Notes: generated from the letters alone by a model not told the origin. Numbered from the stretch's first letter, positions 10,410-18,835 are shown. The stretch is 64,000 nt of DNA from Candidatus Omnitrophota bacterium (GCA_028865345.1 JAGWKL010000005.1:21577-85576), one strand, 5' to 3'. Program-made: numbers and translations.

Positions 10410-11477
10410 ATGGCTGGTAATTCTTTTGGTCAGCTTTTTAAAATTACTACTTTTGGTGAAAGTCACGGACCTGCGATTGGGGTCGTCATTGACGGGGTGC
10501 CGCCCAAACTGCCATTGACCGAAGCAGACATTCAAAAAGATTTGGATCGCCGCCGTCCCGGCCAAAGCAAAATCACCACCCAGCGCCGGGAACCTGATAA
10601 GGCCGAGATCCTTTCCGGTGTCTTTGAAGGCAAAACAACAGGCGCGCCGCTGGCCATCCTCATCCGCAATACGGACGCCCGTTCCAAAGATTATGAGAAT
10701 ATCAAAGACGTGTTCCGTCCGGGCCATGCGGATTTCAGCTATATGGCTAAATACGGGATCCGAGACCACCGTGGCGGCGGGAGATCGTCAGGCCGGGAAA
10801 CCGCCTGTCGGGTCGCCGCCGGTGCGGTGGCCAAAAAGATTTTGGCCGGGCATAAGGTCGGGATCATTGTTTATACATTGTCCGTCGCGGGCGCCTATGC
10901 CCAGGAGATTGATTACAGTGTCATCGAAAAAAACGCGGTGCGTACCGCCGATATGAAAGCCGCCGGGCTCATGATCGCCAAGATTGAAGAGGCGCGCAAG
11001 AACGGCGATTCGCTGGGCAGCACCCTGCAGTGCGTTGTGAAAAATTGCCCTGCGGGCCTGGGCGATCCCTGCTTTGATAAACTCAATGCGCGCCTGGCCC
11101 AGGCATTGATGTCCATAGCGACCGTCAAGGGTATTGAATTCGGCGATGGGTTCGCCGCCAGCCAGCTGACGGGTTCCATCAACAACGACCGGTTTGTCCT
11201 TAAGGGTAAGAAAGTGGGGACCGCCACCAACCATTCCGGCGGCATCATGGGCGGCATATCCACCGGCGAAGACATCACCATCCGTATGGCATTGAAGCCG
11301 CCGTCATCCATTTCCAGGCTGCAGAAGACAATCAACGAGAAACAACAGGAAGTCGAAGTCCGGGTCAAAGGCCGCCATGATCCGTGCCTCGCCCCGAGAG
11401 TTGTCCCTGTGGCTGAAGCCATGATCGCCCTGACGCTGGTGGATTGTTTGATGATCCAGAAAGCCACAAATTTATAA
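10410..11477 (+). CDS. aroC: Chorismate synthase.
   Basis: N-terminus [29 protein letters not shown] and full-length AroC similarity. The SD GAAAGAGG is present. The ORF track's start at 10383 is an upstream TTG artefact. Confidence 0.93.
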   Translation: MAGNSFGQLFKITTFGESHGPAIGVVIDGVPPKLPLTEADIQKDLDRRRPGQSKITTQRREPDKAEILSGVFEGKTTGAPLAILIRNTDARSKDYENIKDVFRPGHADFSYMAKYGIRDHRGGGRSSGRETACRVAAGAVAKKILAGHKVGIIVYTLSVAGAYAQEIDYSVIEKNAVRTADMKAAGLMIAKIEEARKNGDSLGSTLQCVVKNCPAGLGDPCFDKLNARLAQALMSIATVKGIEFGDGFAASQLTGSINNDRFVLKGKKVGTATNHSGGIMGGISTGEDITIRMALKPPSSISRLQKTINEKQQEVEVRVKGRHDPCLAPRVVPVAEAMIALTLVDCLMIQKATNL

Positions 11478-11487
11478 ATCCATTGTC

Positions 11488-11553
11488 ATGCAGGATCAAA
11501 AAGTCATTTTAAATATTCCCTGTTCCTTCGACGGCGCCGGGGTACATGGATAA
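11488..11553 (+). other. Upstream ORF copy 1 (21 aa) of the SDR start-duplication module.
   Basis: Translation is MQDQKVILNIPCSFDGAGVHG*. Its TAA overlaps the next ATG (ATGGATAA). Confidence 0.4.
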
Positions 11554-11611
11554 TCGAAAAGTTATTCTCAATATTCCCTGTTCCTTCGAGGTCGGAAGGT
11601 TAAATGGATAA
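11546..11611 (+). other. Upstream ORF copy 2 (21 aa) of the SDR start-duplication module.
   Basis: Translation is MDNRKVILNIPCSFEVGRLNG*. It duplicates ATGGATAATCG(A/G)AAAGTT of the SDR gene. Its TAA overlaps SDR codons 2-3. Confidence 0.45.
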
Positions 11612-12452
11612 TCGGAAAGTTGTCCTGATTACGGGGTGTTCAAGCGGGTTTGGGCTGTCTACGGCTGTACGATTGGCTGCGAGCGGCCATTTTGTTTGGG
11701 CGACGATGAGGGACACGTCCAAAAGGTTCCGCCTGGAAAATGGGCTGGCCAAGCACAGGGCCCAGGCTTTTATCCGCGCGCTGGATGTCACGCAACCTCT
11801 TACCATCCAAAATGTCGTTGATGAAATCGACCAAACCCATGGGCGTATTGATGTGCTGGTCAATAACGCGGGCTATTTGGTCGCGGGGTTCTTTGAGGAT
11901 TTGAAGCCCGAGGAGATCCGCGCGCAGATGGAAACCAATTTTTTCGGGGCACAGAATGTCTGCCGCGGGGTTCTGCCTTTGATGCGCCGGCAAAAGAAGG
12001 GCAGGATCATCAATATTTCCAGTATTGCCGGGCAAATAGGCACTCCGACGCTGGGAGCGTACAATGCCAGCAAGTGGGCGCTGGAGGGATTCAGCGAAAG
12101 CCTTTATTTTGAACTTAAGCCCTTCGGGATTTCCGTTTCCCTGCTGGAACCCGGCCTTTATACAACCGAACTTTTCAGCAAGAATATCCGTTACGCACAG
12201 GATTTTGACAATCCCCAAAGCCCGTATTTCAGCCTGAACCGGAAAATTAAGGCGTTTTCCCATAAGTTCCATAAACTTGGGAAGGACCCCAACCGGATAG
12301 CCGGGCTGATTGAACGGATCATCAATGAGAGGTCCCCGCGTTTGCGCTATGTTTCCGATTTTCCATCGTGGGTAAGGATCAATGCCCAAAAGATCCTGCC
12401 GCCGGCCTGGGTGGCCTATATTCTCAGGAGGGTTTTTCATGCAGACAAATAA
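11604..12452 (+). CDS. Short-chain dehydrogenase/reductase (SDR family oxidoreductase).
   Basis: TGCSSGFG Rossmann motif, NNAG, and the catalytic S...YxxxK (YNASK). Confidence 0.85.
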   Translation: MDNRKVVLITGCSSGFGLSTAVRLAASGHFVWATMRDTSKRFRLENGLAKHRAQAFIRALDVTQPLTIQNVVDEIDQTHGRIDVLVNNAGYLVAGFFEDLKPEEIRAQMETNFFGAQNVCRGVLPLMRRQKKGRIINISSIAGQIGTPTLGAYNASKWALEGFSESLYFELKPFGISVSLLEPGLYTTELFSKNIRYAQDFDNPQSPYFSLNRKIKAFSHKFHKLGKDPNRIAGLIERIINERSPRLRYVSDFPSWVRINAQKILPPAWVAYILRRVFHADK

Positions 12453-12738
12453 AACACCTTATCAACGGCAAATCTTCGTATGCACCAATAATGTCAATGG
12501 CGAAAAAGCCTCCTGTGGCGATCATCAGGGAGAGGAAGTTTTCCGTCAACTGCGCGAAATTGCCAAACAGCGTAAACTGCATCCCAATATCCGTGTGGCC
12601 CAGGCCAGATGTTTAGGGCAGTGCAACAGGGGCGTTAACATTATGGTCTATCCTGAAAACGTCTGGCACAGCGATGTACGCCTCGGGGATGTGCCCCAAC
12701 TGGCGGAAAAATATATAACCGCGGCCCAAGGCTTGTGA
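12439..12738 (+). CDS. Thioredoxin-like [2Fe-2S] ferredoxin-domain protein.
   Basis: Cys pattern C-x..C...CLGQC. The ATG overlaps the SDR end by 14 nt. The ORF track's 12382 start is too long. Confidence 0.55.
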   Translation: MQTNKTPYQRQIFVCTNNVNGEKASCGDHQGEEVFRQLREIAKQRKLHPNIRVAQARCLGQCNRGVNIMVYPENVWHSDVRLGDVPQLAEKYITAAQGL

Positions 12739-13772
12739 CATTCATGATGAGGATATTCTTTTTTACCGGATTCATGTTTTTAAGCGCTTTGTCTGCTTAT
12801 GCCCAGACGGCCGGAGAGTATAACAATCAGGGCTTGGCGGCCCTTCGCTGTGGCCATGCCTCTGCTGCCATTGTCGCGTTCACCAAGGCGATCGCTATCG
12901 ACCATCATAACGCACAAAGCTATACGGACCGCGCCCTTGCTTTTGCTGAATCGGGCCGTTGGACCGATGCTGTTTCAGATGCCGACCACGCCATCAAGCT
13001 GGCCCCCCGGCTGGCCGTTGCTTACAATAACCGGGCCACCATCGAGGCGGCCGAGGGCAAGGCGCCTGATGCCCTTGCCGATCTGGCCATGGCCATTGAA
13101 TTGGCCCCCCGGGACACAGGATGTTATAACAATCGGGGGATTATTTATTATAAGCTGGGCAACTTTCCTGCCGCCATTTCCGATTATACCAAGGCCATCG
13201 GGATAGACCCCGGATATGTGCCTGCTTATGCCAACCGCGGCAAAGCTTACGCCAAGGAAGGTGATCTTACCGCCGCCTTGACGGATTACAATAAAGCCAT
13301 TGAAATAAAACCCGGCGATGCGTTCCTTTACAGGAACCGGGGCCTCATTTATATCAAAAGCGGCGATCTTACCGCCGCCAGGACTGATTTCAGCAAGGCC
13401 ATCGGCATGGACCCCAAAAATACGGCTGCCTATTTTATCCGGGGGACCATTTATTACAAGCAGGGGGATTTCACCGCTGCGGTCGCTGATTTCAGCCAAG
13501 CCATCAGCCTTGATCCCGTTGACGCCAAAAGCTATATGAACCGCGGCCTGACCTTCCTGCGGATCAATATGCCCCGGCAGGCCATTGCCGATCTGGTCAA
13601 GGTGACACAATTGGACCAAAGGTTCACAAGGGCCTATTATAACCTGGCTGTGGCCTATTATAAGCTCAAGCAATACGATAAAGCCTGGGAGTATGTGCAC
13701 AAGGCCCAGAGGCTGGGTGTCACCGTCAAACCGGCATTTATGGAGGCGCTCAAAAGCGCTGCCCGCAAATGA
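12735..13772 (+). CDS. Secreted TPR-repeat protein.
   Basis: Signal peptide followed by about 8 tandem 34-aa TPR units (AYNNRG..Y..A..D). Confidence 0.8.
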   Translation: MTFMMRIFFFTGFMFLSALSAYAQTAGEYNNQGLAALRCGHASAAIVAFTKAIAIDHHNAQSYTDRALAFAESGRWTDAVSDADHAIKLAPRLAVAYNNRATIEAAEGKAPDALADLAMAIELAPRDTGCYNNRGIIYYKLGNFPAAISDYTKAIGIDPGYVPAYANRGKAYAKEGDLTAALTDYNKAIEIKPGDAFLYRNRGLIYIKSGDLTAARTDFSKAIGMDPKNTAAYFIRGTIYYKQGDFTAAVADFSQAISLDPVDAKSYMNRGLTFLRINMPRQAIADLVKVTQLDQRFTRAYYNLAVAYYKLKQYDKAWEYVHKAQRLGVTVKPAFMEALKSAARK

Positions 13773-14386
13773 TCGTCGATTGTGGTCAATATACCGCGGA
13801 CCAGATGTATTTCCTGCTGATCCAGCTTGTCATTCCAAGGCCCGTCGCGTGGGTGCTTTCCGACAACGGCAACGGCACCCATAATCTGGCGCCGTTCTCC
13901 TTTTTTAATGCTATCACCGCCAACCCGCCCATTCTGATGATCTCCGTCGGGTGGAAGGACGACAAGCTTCACAAGGACACCTGGGTCAATATCGGCGAGC
14001 GTTCTCATTTTGTGGTGCACATTCCCCGCGGCGGACAGGTCCATGACGTGAGCAACAGTTCGTCCGTTTTGCCGCACGGCGTTTCTGAAATCGAAACCTT
14101 CGGCATTGCCACGGAGTCCCCGGAAGGCTGGCCGCTGCCCAGGGTCACGGGGGCCGCTGTCGCCTTTTGTTGCGAAAAGTACGCCATTTATGAAATAGGC
14201 CGTGATCCCCAAGGCCTCATCCTGGGCAAGATCAACCGCATTTGGATCGACGAGGAAGCGGTCAGCCGGTCCAATAACCGCATTGTCATTGATCCCGCGA
14301 AAATCGATCCTCTGGCGCGTTTGGGGGGCAATCACTATGCGCTGTTGGGAGAGATCCTGACCGTCAAGCGACCGGATAAACCGTAG
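13769..14386 (+). CDS. Flavin reductase-like (FMN-binding split-barrel) protein.
   Basis: RPVAWVLS...NLAPFSFFN is the flavin reductase domain signature. Confidence 0.7.
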   Translation: MIVDCGQYTADQMYFLLIQLVIPRPVAWVLSDNGNGTHNLAPFSFFNAITANPPILMISVGWKDDKLHKDTWVNIGERSHFVVHIPRGGQVHDVSNSSSVLPHGVSEIETFGIATESPEGWPLPRVTGAAVAFCCEKYAIYEIGRDPQGLILGKINRIWIDEEAVSRSNNRIVIDPAKIDPLARLGGNHYALLGEILTVKRPDKP

Positions 14387-14436
14387 GTAGCATCAAAGGT
14401 TCTATGAAAACGCATGGTGAATATGGAGGGCATAAC

Positions 14437-14540
14437 TCCTTGCGCCAAGGTATTGGGCTTCCCAACACTTTGTTTGGCCGTACTCGTTGACAATCGGATG
14501 TGGAAGGCTGGGATGAACCTTGGCTTAAGGAGTTATGCCC
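14437..14540. repeat. Imperfect 22-bp inverted repeat enclosing about 60 nt. It forms part of a structured intergenic region.
   Basis: GGCATAACTCCTTGCGCCAAGG pairs with CCTTGGCTTAAGGAGTTATGCC. Confidence 0.5.
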
Positions 14541-14585
14541 CCCATATCCTCTTGGAATATTTTATGAAAACCATATCGGCGGGTG

Positions 14586-14635
14586 GCTCGGAATTGATGT
14601 TGCCGAGCGCACGGCAACATCAATTTCGAGCCAGG
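14586..14635. repeat. Long near-perfect hairpin (about 22 bp with one bulge).
   Basis: TGGCTCGGAATTGATGTTGCCG-AGCGCA-CGGCAACATCAATTTCGAGCCA. Confidence 0.5.
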
Positions 14636-14701
14636 ACCCGTCGCGAATGGTAAGTTATCGGGATTTTTGACAGTACTAAACCGTAAACAGGGAGGGTGAG
14701 T

Positions 14702-14857
14702 ATGGCTCAGAAGAAAGTCACTGTTTTCAAAATCAAAAACCGTAGCGGTTTTGCCGCCGTGTGCGATGGGCATTTGACCGAGGGCTCAAGCAAAGAGCAG
14801 GCGTTGGCCCGCATGGCAAAAGCGTTGAAGCGCACGTCCAGGAAAAAAATACGTTAA
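14702..14857 (+). CDS. Small basic hypothetical protein (51 aa).
   Basis: Strong SD AGGGAGGGTGAGT before the ATG. It is absent from the ORF track because it is under 60 aa. The sequence MAQKKVTVFKIKNRSGFAAVCDGHLTEGSSKEQALARMAKALKRTSRKKIR has no recognisable family. Confidence 0.35.
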   Translation: MAQKKVTVFKIKNRSGFAAVCDGHLTEGSSKEQALARMAKALKRTSRKKIR

Positions 14858-14941
14858 AAAATCTGGGAACCAGGTTGCTTTTTACTCATAGGGCTCCTAT
14901 ACTTTAAATGATATGTTTTATATCTTAAGGAGGAGAAGCCT

Positions 14942-16795
14942 ATGAGCATGTTCGACAAGAACATCAGCGCAGAGAAGCTCAAGAGCCTCGAGTTTGCAGA
15001 AAGCGCCCGTGAGCAGGAATGGAAGGCTCCCAGTTTTGCCCTCAAGCTTTTTGGCGGTTCCCTCGATTTTAATTTGATCCACCCTTTCCCGCAACAGGAC
15101 CCCGACGATAAAAAAGCCTGCGACGCGTACATGGCCCGGATGGAAAAATTCCTGCGGGAAAATCTGAATCCGGATGAAGTGGACAAGACCGGTGAGATCC
15201 CTTCCAAGGTTTATAAAGGTCTGGCCGATCTTGGTGCTTTTGCCTTGAAAATACCCAAAGAATACGGCGGCTGCGGTTTCAGCCAGTACAGTTATAACCG
15301 CATCATGCATTTGATTTCCAGCTATTGCGGCTCGACCGCGGTCCTGCTTTCCGCGCATCAATCGATCGGCGTCCCCCAGCCTCTGAAACTTTTCGGGACG
15401 CCTGAACAAAAGAAAAAGTATCTGCCCATGTTTGCCAAGGGCGCCGTCTCGGCCTTTGCCCTGACTGAGCCCGAGGCCGGTTCCGACCCGCGCAACATGA
15501 GCACCACCGCAACTCCGACGGAAGACGGGAAGTTTTTTTTGCTCAACGGCACCAAGCTCTGGTGCACCAACGGCCTTATTGCGGATGTGATGGTGGTCAT
15601 GGCCGTGACCCCGCCCAAGATCGTCAAGGGCAAAGAGATCAAGCAGATCACCGCTTTTATCGTCGAAGGCGCGTATCCCGGCATTGAAAAGGTCCACCGT
15701 TGCAGTTTCATGGGGCTGCATGGCATCCAAAACGGCCTTATGCGTTTCAACAATGTCAGGGTGCCCCGTGAAAATATTATTTTAGGCGAAGGCGAAGGCC
15801 TGAAGCTGGCCCTGATGACGCTCAATACCGGCCGCCTGACCCTGCCGGCCGCATCGACGGGCATCGGCAAATGGTGTTTGAACGTGGCCCGCCAATGGGC
15901 CGCCAAGAGGCATCAGTGGGGTTCTGCCATCGGAGAACATGAGGCCGTGGCCTTAAAATTGAATTATATCGCTTCTCATACCTTCGCCATGGACGCCGTA
16001 ACATGGTTGACCTCGGCGATGGCGGATGATAAGCGCCGTGATATCCGTCTGGAAGCGGCCATCGCCAAACTTTTCTGCACAGAGGTTTCCTGGCAGATCG
16101 TTGACGCCACTTTGCAGATCCGCGGAGGGCAGGGTTATGAGACATCGGAGTCCCTCGCCAAACGCGGCATGGACTACTGGCCCGTGGAAAGGGCCATGCG
16201 CGACGTGCGCATCAACCGCATCATCGAAGGCACGTCGGACATCATGCACCTGTTCATCGCCCGCGAGGCCCTGGACCCGCATTTGTCCAGGATCAAGCCC
16301 TTACTGAGCGGCAAGGTGGCGCTTAATGCCAAAATGACCGCCGCCCTTAAAATGGTCGGGTTTTACGCAGGATGGTATCCGGGATTATGTCTTCCGTCGC
16401 TGACCGCTGGCCCGGAGGGCGGCCTGCCGCGGCCCCTTAATGAGCATATGGCCTTTGTCCGCAAGGCAAGCAAGAAGCTTGCCCGCCTGACATTTCATGC
16501 CATGATGAAACACCAGCAGAAACTGGAAAGCAAGCAAAGCATCTTAAACCGCATCGTGGATATCGGCATGGAATTATTTGTGATGTCGGCGGTATGTTCC
16601 TATGCCCAAATGCTGGCCCGGGAGACTCAAGCCAATGCCGTGGAGCTGGCGGACAGTTTTTGTGCCGATGCCGCAAACCGCGTCAATGCTTCATTTCAGG
16701 AGAGCGCTGAAAACGTCGACGGCAAGAAATTAGAAATAGCCAGGAGGATTCTGGCCCGTGAATTTGAGTGGATGGAGAACCAGATCATCAAGTGA
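14942..16795 (+). CDS. Acyl-CoA dehydrogenase (long form with a C-terminal extension).
   Basis: Contains the ACAD N, middle and C domains (TEPEAGSDP; IEGTSDI). The SD is AAGGAGG. Confidence 0.85.
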   Translation: MSMFDKNISAEKLKSLEFAESAREQEWKAPSFALKLFGGSLDFNLIHPFPQQDPDDKKACDAYMARMEKFLRENLNPDEVDKTGEIPSKVYKGLADLGAFALKIPKEYGGCGFSQYSYNRIMHLISSYCGSTAVLLSAHQSIGVPQPLKLFGTPEQKKKYLPMFAKGAVSAFALTEPEAGSDPRNMSTTATPTEDGKFFLLNGTKLWCTNGLIADVMVVMAVTPPKIVKGKEIKQITAFIVEGAYPGIEKVHRCSFMGLHGIQNGLMRFNNVRVPRENIILGEGEGLKLALMTLNTGRLTLPAASTGIGKWCLNVARQWAAKRHQWGSAIGEHEAVALKLNYIASHTFAMDAVTWLTSAMADDKRRDIRLEAAIAKLFCTEVSWQIVDATLQIRGGQGYETSESLAKRGMDYWPVERAMRDVRINRIIEGTSDIMHLFIAREALDPHLSRIKPLLSGKVALNAKMTAALKMVGFYAGWYPGLCLPSLTAGPEGGLPRPLNEHMAFVRKASKKLARLTFHAMMKHQQKLESKQSILNRIVDIGMELFVMSAVCSYAQMLARETQANAVELADSFCADAANRVNASFQESAENVDGKKLEIARRILAREFEWMENQIIK

Positions 16796-16798
16796 CCC

Positions 16799-18835
16799 AT
16801 GTCAGCCCTGCCTTCATTTTTTAACAATAAGCTGCCCATCTTAAAGCAGATCCCCATTTTCCATGGGCTTAACTGGTTTGAATTAAACCGTGTCAGCCGC
16901 CATGTCGAGATCGTTGATTTCAACAAGGGGGACATCATTTGCCTGCAGGGTGCGCCCGCGGACGCTTTTTATGCTTTGGTCTCAGGGAGGGTCTATTCTT
17001 ACGTGTCCGGCCAGGCGGGAGAGAAGCAGGATGTGGATTTCATCCTGCGCGGGATGTCCTTCGGCATCATCTCGGCGCTGACAGGAGAAAACCATTCCCA
17101 TACGTACGAAGCGATCAATGATTCCGTCGTCATCAGGATCAACAAGGATAATTTTTCCAAGCTTCTTCAATCCATTCCCAAACTGGCGGTGGCCCTGAGC
17201 CAGAGCTTGTCCCTTCGTATGCGCAGCCAGGTCACGCACACAAGGTCAGCCCAGGAATGTACCATTATTGCCGTTTATGCGCCCGTTGCCGGCTCAGGGG
17301 CTTCCACCTACGCCGCGAATTTGGCGCTCAACCTTAAGGAACAGACGGGAAAGAAAATTTTATTGTTGAGCCTCTCGTCGGACAAGGATGAAGAACGCAG
17401 GGACTTAAGCGAGATCATCGAGGACGACCATCTGATCCTGGGTGCCATCACCAGAGGGGTCCTGCCGGTGGACCTTTTAAGTGTCAGGTTCGACGCGCAA
17501 AATCCGATGCCGGCGGGAAAGATCAGCCGGTTTGTGGCCGCACCCGTCAATGATTATCATTATATTGTCCTGGATTTGCCCAACGAGATGGATGATGTGG
17601 TCATGAAAACTCTTACCCAATCGGACGTCATCCACCTGGTCAGCCTCGACAATGAAAAAAATTTGGAGGCCACCCGCCATGTGATCGACAAGCTGGCGGG
17701 CCGCCTGAAGGAGAGGTTCCGTGCCGACCGCGTGCAGGTCATCATCGGCGGGGTCAATACCGAAAACCGGCTCGTTCCCCAAGAGATCAAGAAAATCCTC
17801 AACTATGATGTCTTTTTGGTTTTACCGCATTTGCAGAGCGCGGAATTTGCTTATAAAAAAGTCGCCCCTGGTTTTGCCTTTGTAGAAGTCGACGCCAAAA
17901 GCGAATATGCCAAAACCATACGGCGGCTTTCGCGCCAGATCAGCCGGGTCATGGTGGGGTTGGTCCTGGGAGGCGGTGCTGCCCTCGGCATGGCGCATAT
18001 CGGCGTTATTCGGGTCCTGGAGCGGGAAGGAATACCTGTTGATGTGGTGGTGGGAAGCAGCATGGGCGCCCTGATAGCCAGCCTGTGGGCCGTAGGGAAT
18101 AACGCTGCTTCCCTGGAAGAGTTCGGCCGCGAGTTTGAAAATAAATCGGCCCTTTTGCATGTGTGCGATCCCATCTTCCCCGTTGCCGGTCTCATCGGCG
18201 GAGAGGGGATCGTCCACTGGCTTAAAGGCAAATTGGGCGGCAAGACCTTCCATGACGGTAAAATCCCTTTGAGGGTTGTGACCTATGATCTTTTCCACCG
18301 CAAGGAGGTGGTTGTCAGCGACGGCCTTCTGGTCGACGCGGTGCGTAAAAGTGTCGCCATTCCGGGCGTCATCACGCCGGTCATGGAAGGCAGGCAGATG
18401 ATCATCGACGGAGGCGTTTTAAACCCTTTGCCCACCAATGTGCTGGCGGACATGGGTGTCAAAAAGATCATCGCGGTCAATGTGCTGCAATCGCCCGAAG
18501 AAGTGGACTGGTCGCAAAAGAAAGCGGACGAAGATATTGCCAAAAGTTTTGATGTCTCTTTTTCCAGGCACCCTTTCAAATTCCTTGGGTTCAGGATGGG
18601 CTGGCTTTTGTCCAGGATGCTCACGCCCAATATCGCCGACATCGTCGTCCGTACACTGCAGGCCTCGGAATACGTGATTGCAGAAACCAGCGCCAAGCAG
18701 GCGGATGTTTTGATCCATCCGGATTTGAGAGGGATCAATTGGTTTGAATTGTACAAAGTCAATGAATTGATCCAACGCGGTGAAGAAGCTGCTCAAAAAG
18801 CCCTGCCTGCCATCAAGGCTCTGGTCAATAAATAG
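16799..18835 (+). CDS. NTE-like protein. It has an N-terminal cyclic-nucleotide-binding domain, a degenerate ParA/MinD-like middle region and a patatin-like phospholipase domain.
   Basis: cNMP beta-barrel (FYALVSGRV...GMSFG). Patatin motifs GGGAALG, GxSxG (GSSMG) and DGG (IIDGGV). Confidence 0.8.
   Translation: MSALPSFFNNKLPILKQIPIFHGLNWFELNRVSRHVEIVDFNKGDIICLQGAPADAFYALVSGRVYSYVSGQAGEKQDVDFILRGMSFGIISALTGENHSHTYEAINDSVVIRINKDNFSKLLQSIPKLAVALSQSLSLRMRSQVTHTRSAQECTIIAVYAPVAGSGASTYAANLALNLKEQTGKKILLLSLSSDKDEERRDLSEIIEDDHLILGAITRGVLPVDLLSVRFDAQNPMPAGKISRFVAAPVNDYHYIVLDLPNEMDDVVMKTLTQSDVIHLVSLDNEKNLEATRHVIDKLAGRLKERFRADRVQVIIGGVNTENRLVPQEIKKILNYDVFLVLPHLQSAEFAYKKVAPGFAFVEVDAKSEYAKTIRRLSRQISRVMVGLVLGGGAALGMAHIGVIRVLEREGIPVDVVVGSSMGALIASLWAVGNNAASLEEFGREFENKSALLHVCDPIFPVAGLIGGEGIVHWLKGKLGGKTFHDGKIPLRVVTYDLFHRKEVVVSDGLLVDAVRKSVAIPGVITPVMEGRQMIIDGGVLNPLPTNVLADMGVKKIIAVNVLQSPEEVDWSQKKADEDIAKSFDVSFSRHPFKFLGFRMGWLLSRMLTPNIADIVVRTLQASEYVIAETSAKQADVLIHPDLRGINWFELYKVNELIQRGEEAAQKALPAIKALVNK

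Noticed and set aside
14414-14773. ORFs 14414-14653 (+) and 14525-14773 (-) appear as possible genes.
   Set aside because: They overlap on opposite strands and translate to mirror-image peptides (LMLPSARQHQFRA versus LMLPCARQHQFRAT). A long palindrome produces exactly this pattern. I treat them as a structured non-coding element instead.
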